The translations under genes were made by a program, and so were the position numbers. 24,273 bases of DNA, taken from NCBI GenBank assembly GCA_963809485.1, contig CAWEJX010000003.1:1-24273 (forward strand), in the 5' to 3' direction. Below, in pieces: positions 7,826 to 15,841 of this stretch (positions are counted from its first letter, which is position 1; the number at the start of each line of letters is the position of its first letter). The notes beneath the pieces were generated by a model. It saw only the letters and a program-made list of their open reading frames with translations. It made no database searches and was not told where the DNA came from. This DNA comes from an uncultured Acidobacteriota bacterium. Lineage in GTDB: Bacteria; Acidobacteriota; UBA6911.

Positions 7826-8749
7826 GTGAAGACGAAATCGAATATTGAGCGTCTCTTGGAACAAGGGAAATTTGTGGTGACATCCGAATGCGGCCCGCCG
7901 AGAGGGGCGGATCCTGAAGCCATTCGCAAGAAAGGGAGTTTGCTCAAGGATGTGGTGGATGCGGTCAACGTCACCGACAATCAGACCTCCATCGTGAGGA
8001 TGAGTTCGCTCTCCTCTTGTCTGATTCTCAAGGAGATGGGATTTGACCCCATATGGCAGCTGGTATGCCGGGACCGCAACCGTATAGCGATTCAGAGCGA
8101 CATCCTGGGCGCGGCGGCGCTGGGAATCAACAATATCCTGTGCCTGTCGGGAGACCATCAAAGCTTCGGCGACAATCCCAAAGCAAAGAACGTATACGAC
8201 ATTGATTCCATTCAGCTGATCCAGACGGTCAAAATGCTGCGTGATGACGGCAAGTTTCTCGGCGGAGAGGAAGTTAAGGGGAAGCCTAACCTCTTCATCG
8301 GCGCCGCGGAGAATCCCTTTGGCGATCCCTTTGAAATCCGGGCCATGCGGCTGGGCAAGAAGGTGAAGTCGGGTTGTGACTTCATTCAGACCCAGGGCAT
8401 TTACAACCTCGAGAAGTTCGGCAAGTGGATGGAGATGGTGCGGGAGCGCGGGTTGCATGAAAAATGCGCGATTCTGGCAGGGGTGATTCCGTTGAAGTCC
8501 GCTGGCATGGCCAACCACATGAAAAAGAATGTGCCCGGCATGGATGTTCCGGATTCGCTGATTGAGCGGCTCAAGGGCGTGCCCAAGGAAAAGCAGGCGG
8601 AAGAAGGCATCAAAATCTGCGTGGAAATGATCCAGCAGATTAAAGAGATCCCCGGCGTCCGCGGCGTGCACATCATGGCCATCGAATGGGAGCAGAAGGT
8701 GGCCGAGATCGCGAAGGCCGCCGGCCTTCTGCCCAGGCCCCAGCTGTAA
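7826..8749 (+). CDS. metF: 5,10-methylenetetrahydrofolate reductase
   Basis: TSECGPPRG, NVTDN, CRDRNRIAIQSDILGA, LCLSGD, FIQTQ and GVHIMA MetF motifs; GTG start. Confidence 0.95.
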   Translation: MKTKSNIERLLEQGKFVVTSECGPPRGADPEAIRKKGSLLKDVVDAVNVTDNQTSIVRMSSLSSCLILKEMGFDPIWQLVCRDRNRIAIQSDILGAAALGINNILCLSGDHQSFGDNPKAKNVYDIDSIQLIQTVKMLRDDGKFLGGEEVKGKPNLFIGAAENPFGDPFEIRAMRLGKKVKSGCDFIQTQGIYNLEKFGKWMEMVRERGLHEKCAILAGVIPLKSAGMANHMKKNVPGMDVPDSLIERLKGVPKEKQAEEGIKICVEMIQQIKEIPGVRGVHIMAIEWEQKVAEIAKAAGLLPRPQL

Positions 8750-8765
8750 AAACCGATCAAATCCG

Positions 8766-8834
8766 AACCACGAAATACACGAAGAACACGAAATAATATT
8801 TCGTGTTTTTGGTGTATTTCGTGGTTGTTTTTTT
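8766..8834 (+). terminator. 30-bp near-perfect palindrome of 9-mer units (CACGAAATA) followed by T7; probable operon terminator and repeat element
   Basis: AACCACGAAATACACGAAGAACACGAAATA (8766-8795) pairs with TATTTCGTGTTTTTGGTGTATTTCGTGGTT (8797-8826), with one mismatch and one G-U pair; then GTTTTTTT (8827-8834). Confidence 0.75.
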
Positions 8835-9206
8835 ATGCCGCGTGTACTTGTAATCGACGACGATCCGCAGATGAGAAACATATGCGGGCGTGTTCTCGCC
8901 AAAGCGGGCTGGTCGGTCGCTTGCGCCGCGGACGGCGAAGACGGGCTGAGGCAGCTTGAAGAAAGCCCGGAAGCCTTCGAAGTAATTCTGCTCGATCAGC
9001 TGATGCCTGGCATGGACGGCATGGATGTATTGGCCCGGATACAATCCATAGATCCCGGCATGCCTGTCATTCTCATAACCGGTTCCGCCACAGAAGAATA
9101 CCGGGCCGAAGCCTTGAAAAAAGGCGCCTTTGATTGCCTTCCCAAACCCTTCACCCCAGAACAACTCCGCGCCGCAACCACAAATGCCGCGCGAAGCTAT
9201 AGGTAA
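8835..9206 (+). CDS. Single-domain response regulator (CheY-like receiver)
   Basis: VLVIDDD, LLDQLMPGMDG (phospho-Asp), ITG and LPKPF motifs; no output domain. Confidence 0.9.
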   Translation: MPRVLVIDDDPQMRNICGRVLAKAGWSVACAADGEDGLRQLEESPEAFEVILLDQLMPGMDGMDVLARIQSIDPGMPVILITGSATEEYRAEALKKGAFDCLPKPFTPEQLRAATTNAARSYR

Positions 9207-9243
9207 TGCGTCCGCCGGGCGAGAAACCGAAGGCGGCGTATTA
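9204..9243 (+). terminator. Stem-loop after the response regulator
   Basis: TAATGCG-t-CCGCC (9204-9216) pairs with GGCGG-CGTATTA (9232-9243); no clear U-tract. Confidence 0.35.
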
Positions 9244-9550
9244 TCCCGATAGAATTGGGAAATTTTATCAACTATCCCCTATAGCGTGCTAGAATTCAAA
9301 AATAGCATCAAATCTTTTGGATGGGGCTTTTATGCGCAAGCCATCGTTCCATGCATGGACCCGTCTTCTGCCGCCCTGCCGCGAGTGCCGACAGAGAGTG
9401 CGGGGAGGTTTCGCTCCGACAGTCCACAATGAACCCCCGTGGCCAACACGCGCCCGCACACGCACGGATATTTATTTTGGGGTAACAGGATAGGAAACTC
9501 CTGAATTCCGGTTGTTGCAGACTCGGTAAACACTGGCTGCTCAAAATGCC

Positions 9551-12500
9551 ATGAATTCTGCACGATGGAAGGATGTGGAGAGAATCTTCGACGCCGCAAT
9601 GGAACACGAACCGGCGCGGCGAGCGGAGTTCCTTGCCGAGGCCTGCGCGGGCGACGACTCGCTGCGGCGTGAAGTGGAGTCGCTGCTGGCGCAGGGCGAC
9701 AAGGGGGGCAGCTTCATCGAGGCCCCGGCAATGGAGAAGATTGCTCAGGATCTCGCTCCTGGTCCTGAACCGATGCGGGCCGTGGACGAGGCGTTGCGCA
9801 AACGCGCGCCGTGGTGGATGTATGCCGTAGCCGCTGTTTTCCTGATTTGTGCAGCGGTTCGCTATTGCGGATGGTATGTCCAACCGGAGGATCCAGGCAT
9901 TCAGTACGTGCCCCTTGCGGACAAGAACGGCAGGATTACGCGGATAGCGATCAGAACCGTGATGCCCGGTTCCGCGGCCGCACGAGCCGGTCTGCAACCG
10001 GGGGATGTTATATCGATTTCCAGCGCGGGCGGTTTCTTCCCATCTTTGTCTGAATGGGGTATGGGATGGTACACCCTGCAAACCGGCCGGACCTATCAAT
10101 TCGAGATCAGGCGAAAGGAGGAAATCAGGAGCATTTCGCTAACCCTGGGCCGCGATTGGTTGAGCAATTGGTGGCACAGTCCGCTAGGAAAAGGAAACCT
10201 CATAAGTGCTCTGATGTCACCCTTGCTATTAATAGTTGCATCAATCGTTGCCTTCGCCCGGCCTTACGACAGTTCCGCTCGATGGGGTGCGCTTCTCATG
10301 GCTGGTACTGCCATCATCGCTGCCTATAATCTCAATCCCTGGGGCTGGTTTAACACAATTCTCAGCTTCCCGCGCGTCATCGGCTGGTTGACCGCTGTCC
10401 TGCCGATTACGTGTCTTGCATGCAGCGGGTCGGTCCCCATCTCATTTGCTGCAGTTTTCCCCCGCTTGATTTGGCGTCAGCCCTGGATCTGGGCTTTGAT
10501 CTGGCTGCCGGCCGCGATCATCCTGCCCTCGCATATCATTTCGGATCATCCTCCCATTTATTCCTTTCCTTCCTGGATGCCCGGCTGGTACGACCTTTTG
10601 GTCCGAATTCTCCGTTTCATCGGCGCTCCTTTGGCAGGGTTAGTTTTGGCGCTGAATTATAGCCGGCTTCGAGATCTCAATGAAAGGCGGCGGGTTCGCA
10701 TTGCAGTATTGGGGCTTGTGATCACTTTGGCTGCATCCTTGCCCTCCACGCTGGTTGTCATAGTCAGCTACAAATACATTCGTTATCTCCAATGGTACGG
10801 AACTCTCAGGCCCCTTATATTCGCTCTGGTATGGGCATTTCCCATCTCTATAGCCTATGCCATCCTGCGCCACCGGCTCTTTGACATCCGCGTGATGATC
10901 CGGTTGGGAGTGAAGTACGCTGCCGCCCGCGGCGTGCTGCTCTCTCTCGTCCCCATCATTGGAGCCGTGTTTGTGGGCGATCTGTTCCTCCACCGCGCCC
11001 AGCCGCTCGCTGACATCATGAGCCGGCGCGTCTGGCTTTATGCGCTGCTGGCCGCCGGAGCATTCCTGTTGCATTATCGCCAACGGATGTGGCTCGATGC
11101 TCTCGACCGCCGCTTCTTCCGCGAGCATTACGACGCCCAGCGCATCCTGCGCGCCGTGGTCGACGAGATCCGCCAATCCCCCGACTTCGAGAAAGTCGCC
11201 CCGCGCGTGGTCTCGCAAGTCGAAAGCGCCCTCCATCCCGAGTTCGCAGCCCTCCTTATGCGTCCACCCGGAGAGCCCAAATATCGGGTTCTCTCTTCCA
11301 GCGGAAACGCCCCTCCTTCCATTCCGGCCGACAGCAAACTGATAGGAATGGCTCGCCTCCTCGGGAAGCCCCTCGAGGTCTCGCCCAGCCAGTCCGGATG
11401 GCTCCGCCAATTGCCCCAGCAGGAAATCCGGTTGTTGCAGCAGGCGCGCGTTGAATGGCTGTTCCCTGTCTCCCTGGTTGAAGGCCAGACCGAGGCTCTG
11501 CTCGTGATGGGACCCAAAAAGTCCGAAGAACCCTACTCCTGGGAAGACCAGGAACTATTGCAGGCAATCACAGGCAGCCTTGGCCTGCTGCTCGAACAAA
11601 CCTCGTCCAAAGGTTTCGAAGTGTGTCCGGAATGCGGAACCTGCTACGACACCGGGTCCGGCAAGTGCAGGAAAGAAGGAGCGGATCTCACACCGCTCTC
11701 CTTCCCGCGGTTACTGGCCCATCGCTATCGATTCGAAAAACGCCTGGGCGAGGGCGGCATGGGAATGGTATATGAGTCACTCGACACTCAGCTCGGACGC
11801 CATGTCGCCGTCAAACTCATCCGCCCCGACCTGATATCGAGCCCCGAAGCCGTCACGCGATTCAGGCGGGAAGCCAGGATAGCCGCAAGCCTTACCCACC
11901 CGAACGTCGTCACCGTTCATGATTTCGGCGTCGCCGACGACCAGCGCGCCTACCTGGTCATGGAATTGCTGCAAGGGTTGACCGTGCGGCAAGAACTGAA
12001 CCGCCGGGGACGCCTGCAGCCTTCCCGGGCCTCGGAGATCTTCAACGGCGTTTGCGCTGCCGTCGACGCCGCCCATCGCCTCCGGCTGTTGCACCGGGAC
12101 CTCAAGCCCGAAAACATCTTTCTCTCAAACTCTGAAACAACCGAGGCCGTAAAGATCCTCGATTTTGGAGTCGCGAAACCTCTTGCTGCAACGGATTCAA
12201 CCCGTTCAAATCCAACCGGACCCGGAATGCTGGTGGGCACGTTGAAATACATGTCGCCGGAGGAACTGCGCGGCGGCAAGCCGGCCGAAAGCTGGGATGT
12301 GTGGGCACTGTCAGTAGTGGCCTACGAAATGCTAACGGGCATCCATCCCTTTGACGGCTCCAGCTCACTGGACATAAGCAACCGGATATTGGCGGGACAA
12401 GTGACGCCTTTGCGGACCCATTTCCCTGAAGCCCCGCCAAGCTGGCAGCATTTTTTCGACCGGGCTCTCGCTGTCGAGGTTGAAGTGCGTCCGGCATCGG

Positions 12501-12574
12501 CGCTGGGACTTTGTTCCGAATTTGCAGACAGCTTGAAGAACCTCAGGACTGAGCCAGCTGGCATGGAGGTGTGA
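9551..12574 (+). CDS. Membrane Hanks-type Ser/Thr kinase 1: N-terminal helical domain, TM, PDZ, about 9 more TM helices, GAF-like region, Cys cluster, C-terminal kinase
   Basis: N-terminal RWKDVERIFDAA...FLAEACAGDDSLRREVESLL; PDZ-like VMPGSAAARAGLQPGDVI; PISIAYAILRHRLFDI; CPECGTC; kinase motifs GEGGMGMVY, VAVK, HRDLKPEN, DFG and YMSPE. Confidence 0.92.
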   Translation: MNSARWKDVERIFDAAMEHEPARRAEFLAEACAGDDSLRREVESLLAQGDKGGSFIEAPAMEKIAQDLAPGPEPMRAVDEALRKRAPWWMYAVAAVFLICAAVRYCGWYVQPEDPGIQYVPLADKNGRITRIAIRTVMPGSAAARAGLQPGDVISISSAGGFFPSLSEWGMGWYTLQTGRTYQFEIRRKEEIRSISLTLGRDWLSNWWHSPLGKGNLISALMSPLLLIVASIVAFARPYDSSARWGALLMAGTAIIAAYNLNPWGWFNTILSFPRVIGWLTAVLPITCLACSGSVPISFAAVFPRLIWRQPWIWALIWLPAAIILPSHIISDHPPIYSFPSWMPGWYDLLVRILRFIGAPLAGLVLALNYSRLRDLNERRRVRIAVLGLVITLAASLPSTLVVIVSYKYIRYLQWYGTLRPLIFALVWAFPISIAYAILRHRLFDIRVMIRLGVKYAAARGVLLSLVPIIGAVFVGDLFLHRAQPLADIMSRRVWLYALLAAGAFLLHYRQRMWLDALDRRFFREHYDAQRILRAVVDEIRQSPDFEKVAPRVVSQVESALHPEFAALLMRPPGEPKYRVLSSSGNAPPSIPADSKLIGMARLLGKPLEVSPSQSGWLRQLPQQEIRLLQQARVEWLFPVSLVEGQTEALLVMGPKKSEEPYSWEDQELLQAITGSLGLLLEQTSSKGFEVCPECGTCYDTGSGKCRKEGADLTPLSFPRLLAHRYRFEKRLGEGGMGMVYESLDTQLGRHVAVKLIRPDLISSPEAVTRFRREARIAASLTHPNVVTVHDFGVADDQRAYLVMELLQGLTVRQELNRRGRLQPSRASEIFNGVCAAVDAAHRLRLLHRDLKPENIFLSNSETTEAVKILDFGVAKPLAATDSTRSNPTGPGMLVGTLKYMSPEELRGGKPAESWDVWALSVVAYEMLTGIHPFDGSSSLDISNRILAGQVTPLRTHFPEAPPSWQHFFDRALAVEVEVRPASALGLCSEFADSLKNLRTEPAGMEV
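10834..12472 (+). repeat. Near-identical duplicated block (copy 1; copy 2 at 17116-18754)
   Basis: Constant offset of 6282 nt at the start and end of the block, with long identical runs visible by eye. Confidence 0.9.
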
Positions 12575-12576
12575 CC

Positions 12577-15500
12577 ATGAGATTGTATCGATCACAGTCT
12601 TTGCATGACGCTTCTGTCGGATTGCTCGTGATGTTAATGCTTGCCTGCCCTGTGTGCGCCCAAACCAGCCGGGGCACAGTTTCCGGGACGGTTTTGGACA
12701 GTTCGGGATTGGTCCTTTTTGACAGCAGCATAGAACTCACGAATATCGACACCAATGTCGTGAGAACAGCAACGACCAATAACGCCGGGATCTATCGTTT
12801 CGATGCCGTAGACCTGGGCAGGTACACAATCAAGATCAACATTCAGGGGTTCAAAGCATTCATTCAAGAGTCGTTTCCCGTGGAAGCCAACCGGGCCGTC
12901 ACCATTGATGCCACGCTGCAGCCTGGAGGAATGGACGCAATCGTGGAAGTAGTGGATACCGCCGGAACGCTGCTGGCAAAGGACGCTCCATTGCGAGGAG
13001 GCAGCATGGCCGGCAATGAGCTGGTCCGGCTGCCACTGGCCTGGTGGGAACCTTACTACGCGGGTTCGTTTCCGGGAGTCATCTGGCCGATCGGGAGCGT
13101 CAATTTCACGACCGGTACAGGCGTGTCGGTCAACGGTCAGCGACCTCGAGGCAACAACTGGATGCTGGACGGAACGGATAACAACGATGTTGGTTTTGCA
13201 GGCACAGCGCAGCTATTCCGGATCGTCGATGCGGTCCAGGAATCTTCCACTCAAACCGGTAACTTCGGCTCGGAATTCGGCAGGGCGGGAGGCGGTGTGT
13301 TCAACTTGATCACAAAATCCGGCACCAACCGGTACCACGGCACACTAAACTGGCGGCTGCTTTCTCAAGCCCTGGACTCAATGGAGAATACCCACAAGCT
13401 GGACACTCCACAGGGGCAGGAGCCCAAAAAGCCGGTCTATACAGAGAACATCTACGGCTTCACACTGGGCGGGCCCATCATCAAGGATAGGACCTTCTTT
13501 TTCGGCGGATTCCAGCAGGACAGCAACCGTTCAACAAACAGTTTTAAATCGGTTATCCCGACGGAAGACGCGGTGACAAGGCTCAAGGCTCTCTTTCCCG
13601 ACAATCCACGCCTCAATCTGTACCTCAACGCGATCGGGAATGACCGCGGGCTTGCAGACCCGATCGACATTATTTTGGGCCAGGATCCGGCAACCGGCGC
13701 AGAAAGGGGCGTGGTGCAGTTTGCATCCAAATATTTTTCGCTGCCGGGAGGAACCGATTGGCCCCAATGGATTGTCCGGTTAGACCATAATCTGTCGGAC
13801 ATCCATCGCCTTTCCTTCCGCCATATTTCGGAATCCTATACCAATGATGGAGGTTTCTGGTTCCCGGGCTACTACTCCAATTACAAAAGGCGCTATCAAA
13901 ACTTCCTTTTTGCCGACAACTACACCTTCAGTTCAACGCTGACGAATGAATTCCGTTTTTCCTATGGCCGCATAGGCTGGAATAACGGAATCAGCTCCAA
14001 TTCGGTCCCCGAAGCGTACACTCTGCCGTACTTCAAGATCGAAAACGTGGACGCTCCCGGCGTAGGGTACGTCATTCCGCAATTCCAATATGTCAACAAG
14101 TGGCTCTTTCAGGAAACGCAATCCAAGCTTTTGGGCCGCCACACTCTTCGATACGGTTTCGAGATTCTCAGCCAGCTTTCCAAGGAGCGTCCGCCATTCA
14201 ACGAACGGGGCGCTCTCAAATATCAGAATTCTACCAGCCCTCTCTATTCAGCATTTGCCAACTATCTTGATGACTACAGTGGCCCCTCGGGAGGCTCCGG
14301 CAGAAACTTCGGGAATGCCGTGATTTATCCAAATCAGTTCCGTCAATCCTATTTCCTACAGGACACATGGAAGGTGAACCCTTCGTTGACGCTCACTCTG
14401 GGACTTCGCTATGAGAACTACGGATCGCCCGCCAACGTCTTAGAGTATCCGGCCTTCACTGGTTTTGATCCGTCCAGGTTCCTGGAACCCAACAAGGTGA
14501 ATCCGGATAACAACAACCTTGGGCCGTCCTTGGGTTTCGCGTGGTCTCCGCAGTTCAAATCGGGACTGCTCGGAAAGCTCCTTGGGGAAGGAAAGACTGT
14601 ATGGCGCGGGGGCTTTCAGATCAGCTACGATGCTTACTTCGACTTCATGCTCGCCAACATCCAGGCGGATGCTCCGAACAGCGTGGCCACGGTCTTTGCC
14701 GGCGCAGGCACGAGCCGCGGAACAGGCAATTTTATTGCCACATTGCCCACCTCTCCCCGGCCTGTGACCCTCATGGACCCGCAGATAAGCGTTTTTGATC
14801 CGAACCTTCGCAATCCTTACACGGAACGCTGGTCCTTCGGCTTGCAGCGTCAGTTGCCGCAGGGCTTTATCCTGGATCTGTCGTACGTCGGCTCGGCAAG
14901 CCACAAGCTCTTCACAAGCGAAGACGTGAATCCCCGTCAACTCGATGGCATCCGGCTGCATCCGGATTTTGGGATCCGGCAGATACGCACAAACAGCGGC
15001 AATTCCAGCTACCACGCAATGCAGTTGCGCCTGGAACGCCGTTTTGCGAAAAGCTTCTTTCTCACTGGATCCTACACATGGAGCCGGATGATTGACAGCA
15101 CGAGTGAGATTTATCAATCCTGGAATACCTATGGGACAATGATAAATGTCGCCAATTTTCAGCCCGCAGTGACCTCCGTACCGGCAGGACAAGGGGGTAT
15201 GGGCCTCGACCGCGCGGTGAGCGATTACCATCGCAGTCACGTTTTCTCGGTGACCTATTCATGGGACCTGCCAGGGCCCAAGGGGGGACTGTTAGGCCAG
15301 TTGGGCGGAGGTTGGACGCTTGCAGGCATAACGGCCATCACGAGCGGCGCGCCTTACACGGTTCTGAACGGCGCCGATCGAAACAACGATGGGGTCCTGG
15401 CCGATCGGCCGGACATCGGGAATCCGAATGCGCCGCTGAACACTCGAGCTATCATTTCCAGCACATGCTCTACCGGATGGCTCAATCCTGATACGAACGG

Positions 15501-15831
15501 ATGCGTCACTCCCAATGATGTGCACTTCATCCAGGGAATAGGGCTTCCCAATAGCAGAACCCTCGGGAGAAACACGCTGACGGTGGAAGGCGGTGGTATG
15601 CAGACCTGGCTGTCTATTCTCAAGGCATTCGTGATCAAAGAAACGAGAAAGCTGGAGTTCGGAGCCGAGTTCATCAACCTGTTCAACAGTCCCGGCTATG
15701 CCTATATCCCGAGCGCCAGTGTTGTGGGTTCACCCGGGCCGTCAGGGGATATGCCTTCCCGCTTCCTGAATAAAGACTACACTATGAGCTACACCCGCAG
15801 AATCATTATGCGCGTGAAGCTTATTTTTTGA
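12577..15831 (+). CDS. TonB-dependent receptor-like outer-membrane protein with N-terminal carboxypeptidase-regulatory-like domain (Oar-like, Acidobacteria style)
   Basis: Signal peptide ending VCA-QTSRGTVSGTV; SVNGQR...LDGTDN; SEFGRAGGGVFNLITKSGTN; LQDTWKV...TLGLRYE; terminal Phe; GGAGGT RBS at 12565-12570 favours ATG 12577. Confidence 0.9.
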   Translation: MRLYRSQSLHDASVGLLVMLMLACPVCAQTSRGTVSGTVLDSSGLVLFDSSIELTNIDTNVVRTATTNNAGIYRFDAVDLGRYTIKINIQGFKAFIQESFPVEANRAVTIDATLQPGGMDAIVEVVDTAGTLLAKDAPLRGGSMAGNELVRLPLAWWEPYYAGSFPGVIWPIGSVNFTTGTGVSVNGQRPRGNNWMLDGTDNNDVGFAGTAQLFRIVDAVQESSTQTGNFGSEFGRAGGGVFNLITKSGTNRYHGTLNWRLLSQALDSMENTHKLDTPQGQEPKKPVYTENIYGFTLGGPIIKDRTFFFGGFQQDSNRSTNSFKSVIPTEDAVTRLKALFPDNPRLNLYLNAIGNDRGLADPIDIILGQDPATGAERGVVQFASKYFSLPGGTDWPQWIVRLDHNLSDIHRLSFRHISESYTNDGGFWFPGYYSNYKRRYQNFLFADNYTFSSTLTNEFRFSYGRIGWNNGISSNSVPEAYTLPYFKIENVDAPGVGYVIPQFQYVNKWLFQETQSKLLGRHTLRYGFEILSQLSKERPPFNERGALKYQNSTSPLYSAFANYLDDYSGPSGGSGRNFGNAVIYPNQFRQSYFLQDTWKVNPSLTLTLGLRYENYGSPANVLEYPAFTGFDPSRFLEPNKVNPDNNNLGPSLGFAWSPQFKSGLLGKLLGEGKTVWRGGFQISYDAYFDFMLANIQADAPNSVATVFAGAGTSRGTGNFIATLPTSPRPVTLMDPQISVFDPNLRNPYTERWSFGLQRQLPQGFILDLSYVGSASHKLFTSEDVNPRQLDGIRLHPDFGIRQIRTNSGNSSYHAMQLRLERRFAKSFFLTGSYTWSRMIDSTSEIYQSWNTYGTMINVANFQPAVTSVPAGQGGMGLDRAVSDYHRSHVFSVTYSWDLPGPKGGLLGQLGGGWTLAGITAITSGAPYTVLNGADRNNDGVLADRPDIGNPNAPLNTRAIISSTCSTGWLNPDTNGCVTPNDVHFIQGIGLPNSRTLGRNTLTVEGGGMQTWLSILKAFVIKETRKLEFGAEFINLFNSPGYAYIPSASVVGSPGPSGDMPSRFLNKDYTMSYTRRIIMRVKLIF

Positions 15832-15841
15832 TCGCAATCCT

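Noticed and set aside
1828-8834. Repeat elements as CRISPR arrays or IS ends
   Set aside because: No repeat-spacer periodicity, and no cas or transposase gene in the window; no target-site duplication that I could identify.
9244-9550. Possible ncRNA or small gene upstream of kinase 1
   Set aside because: No recognisable family, strong structure or credible ORF seen.
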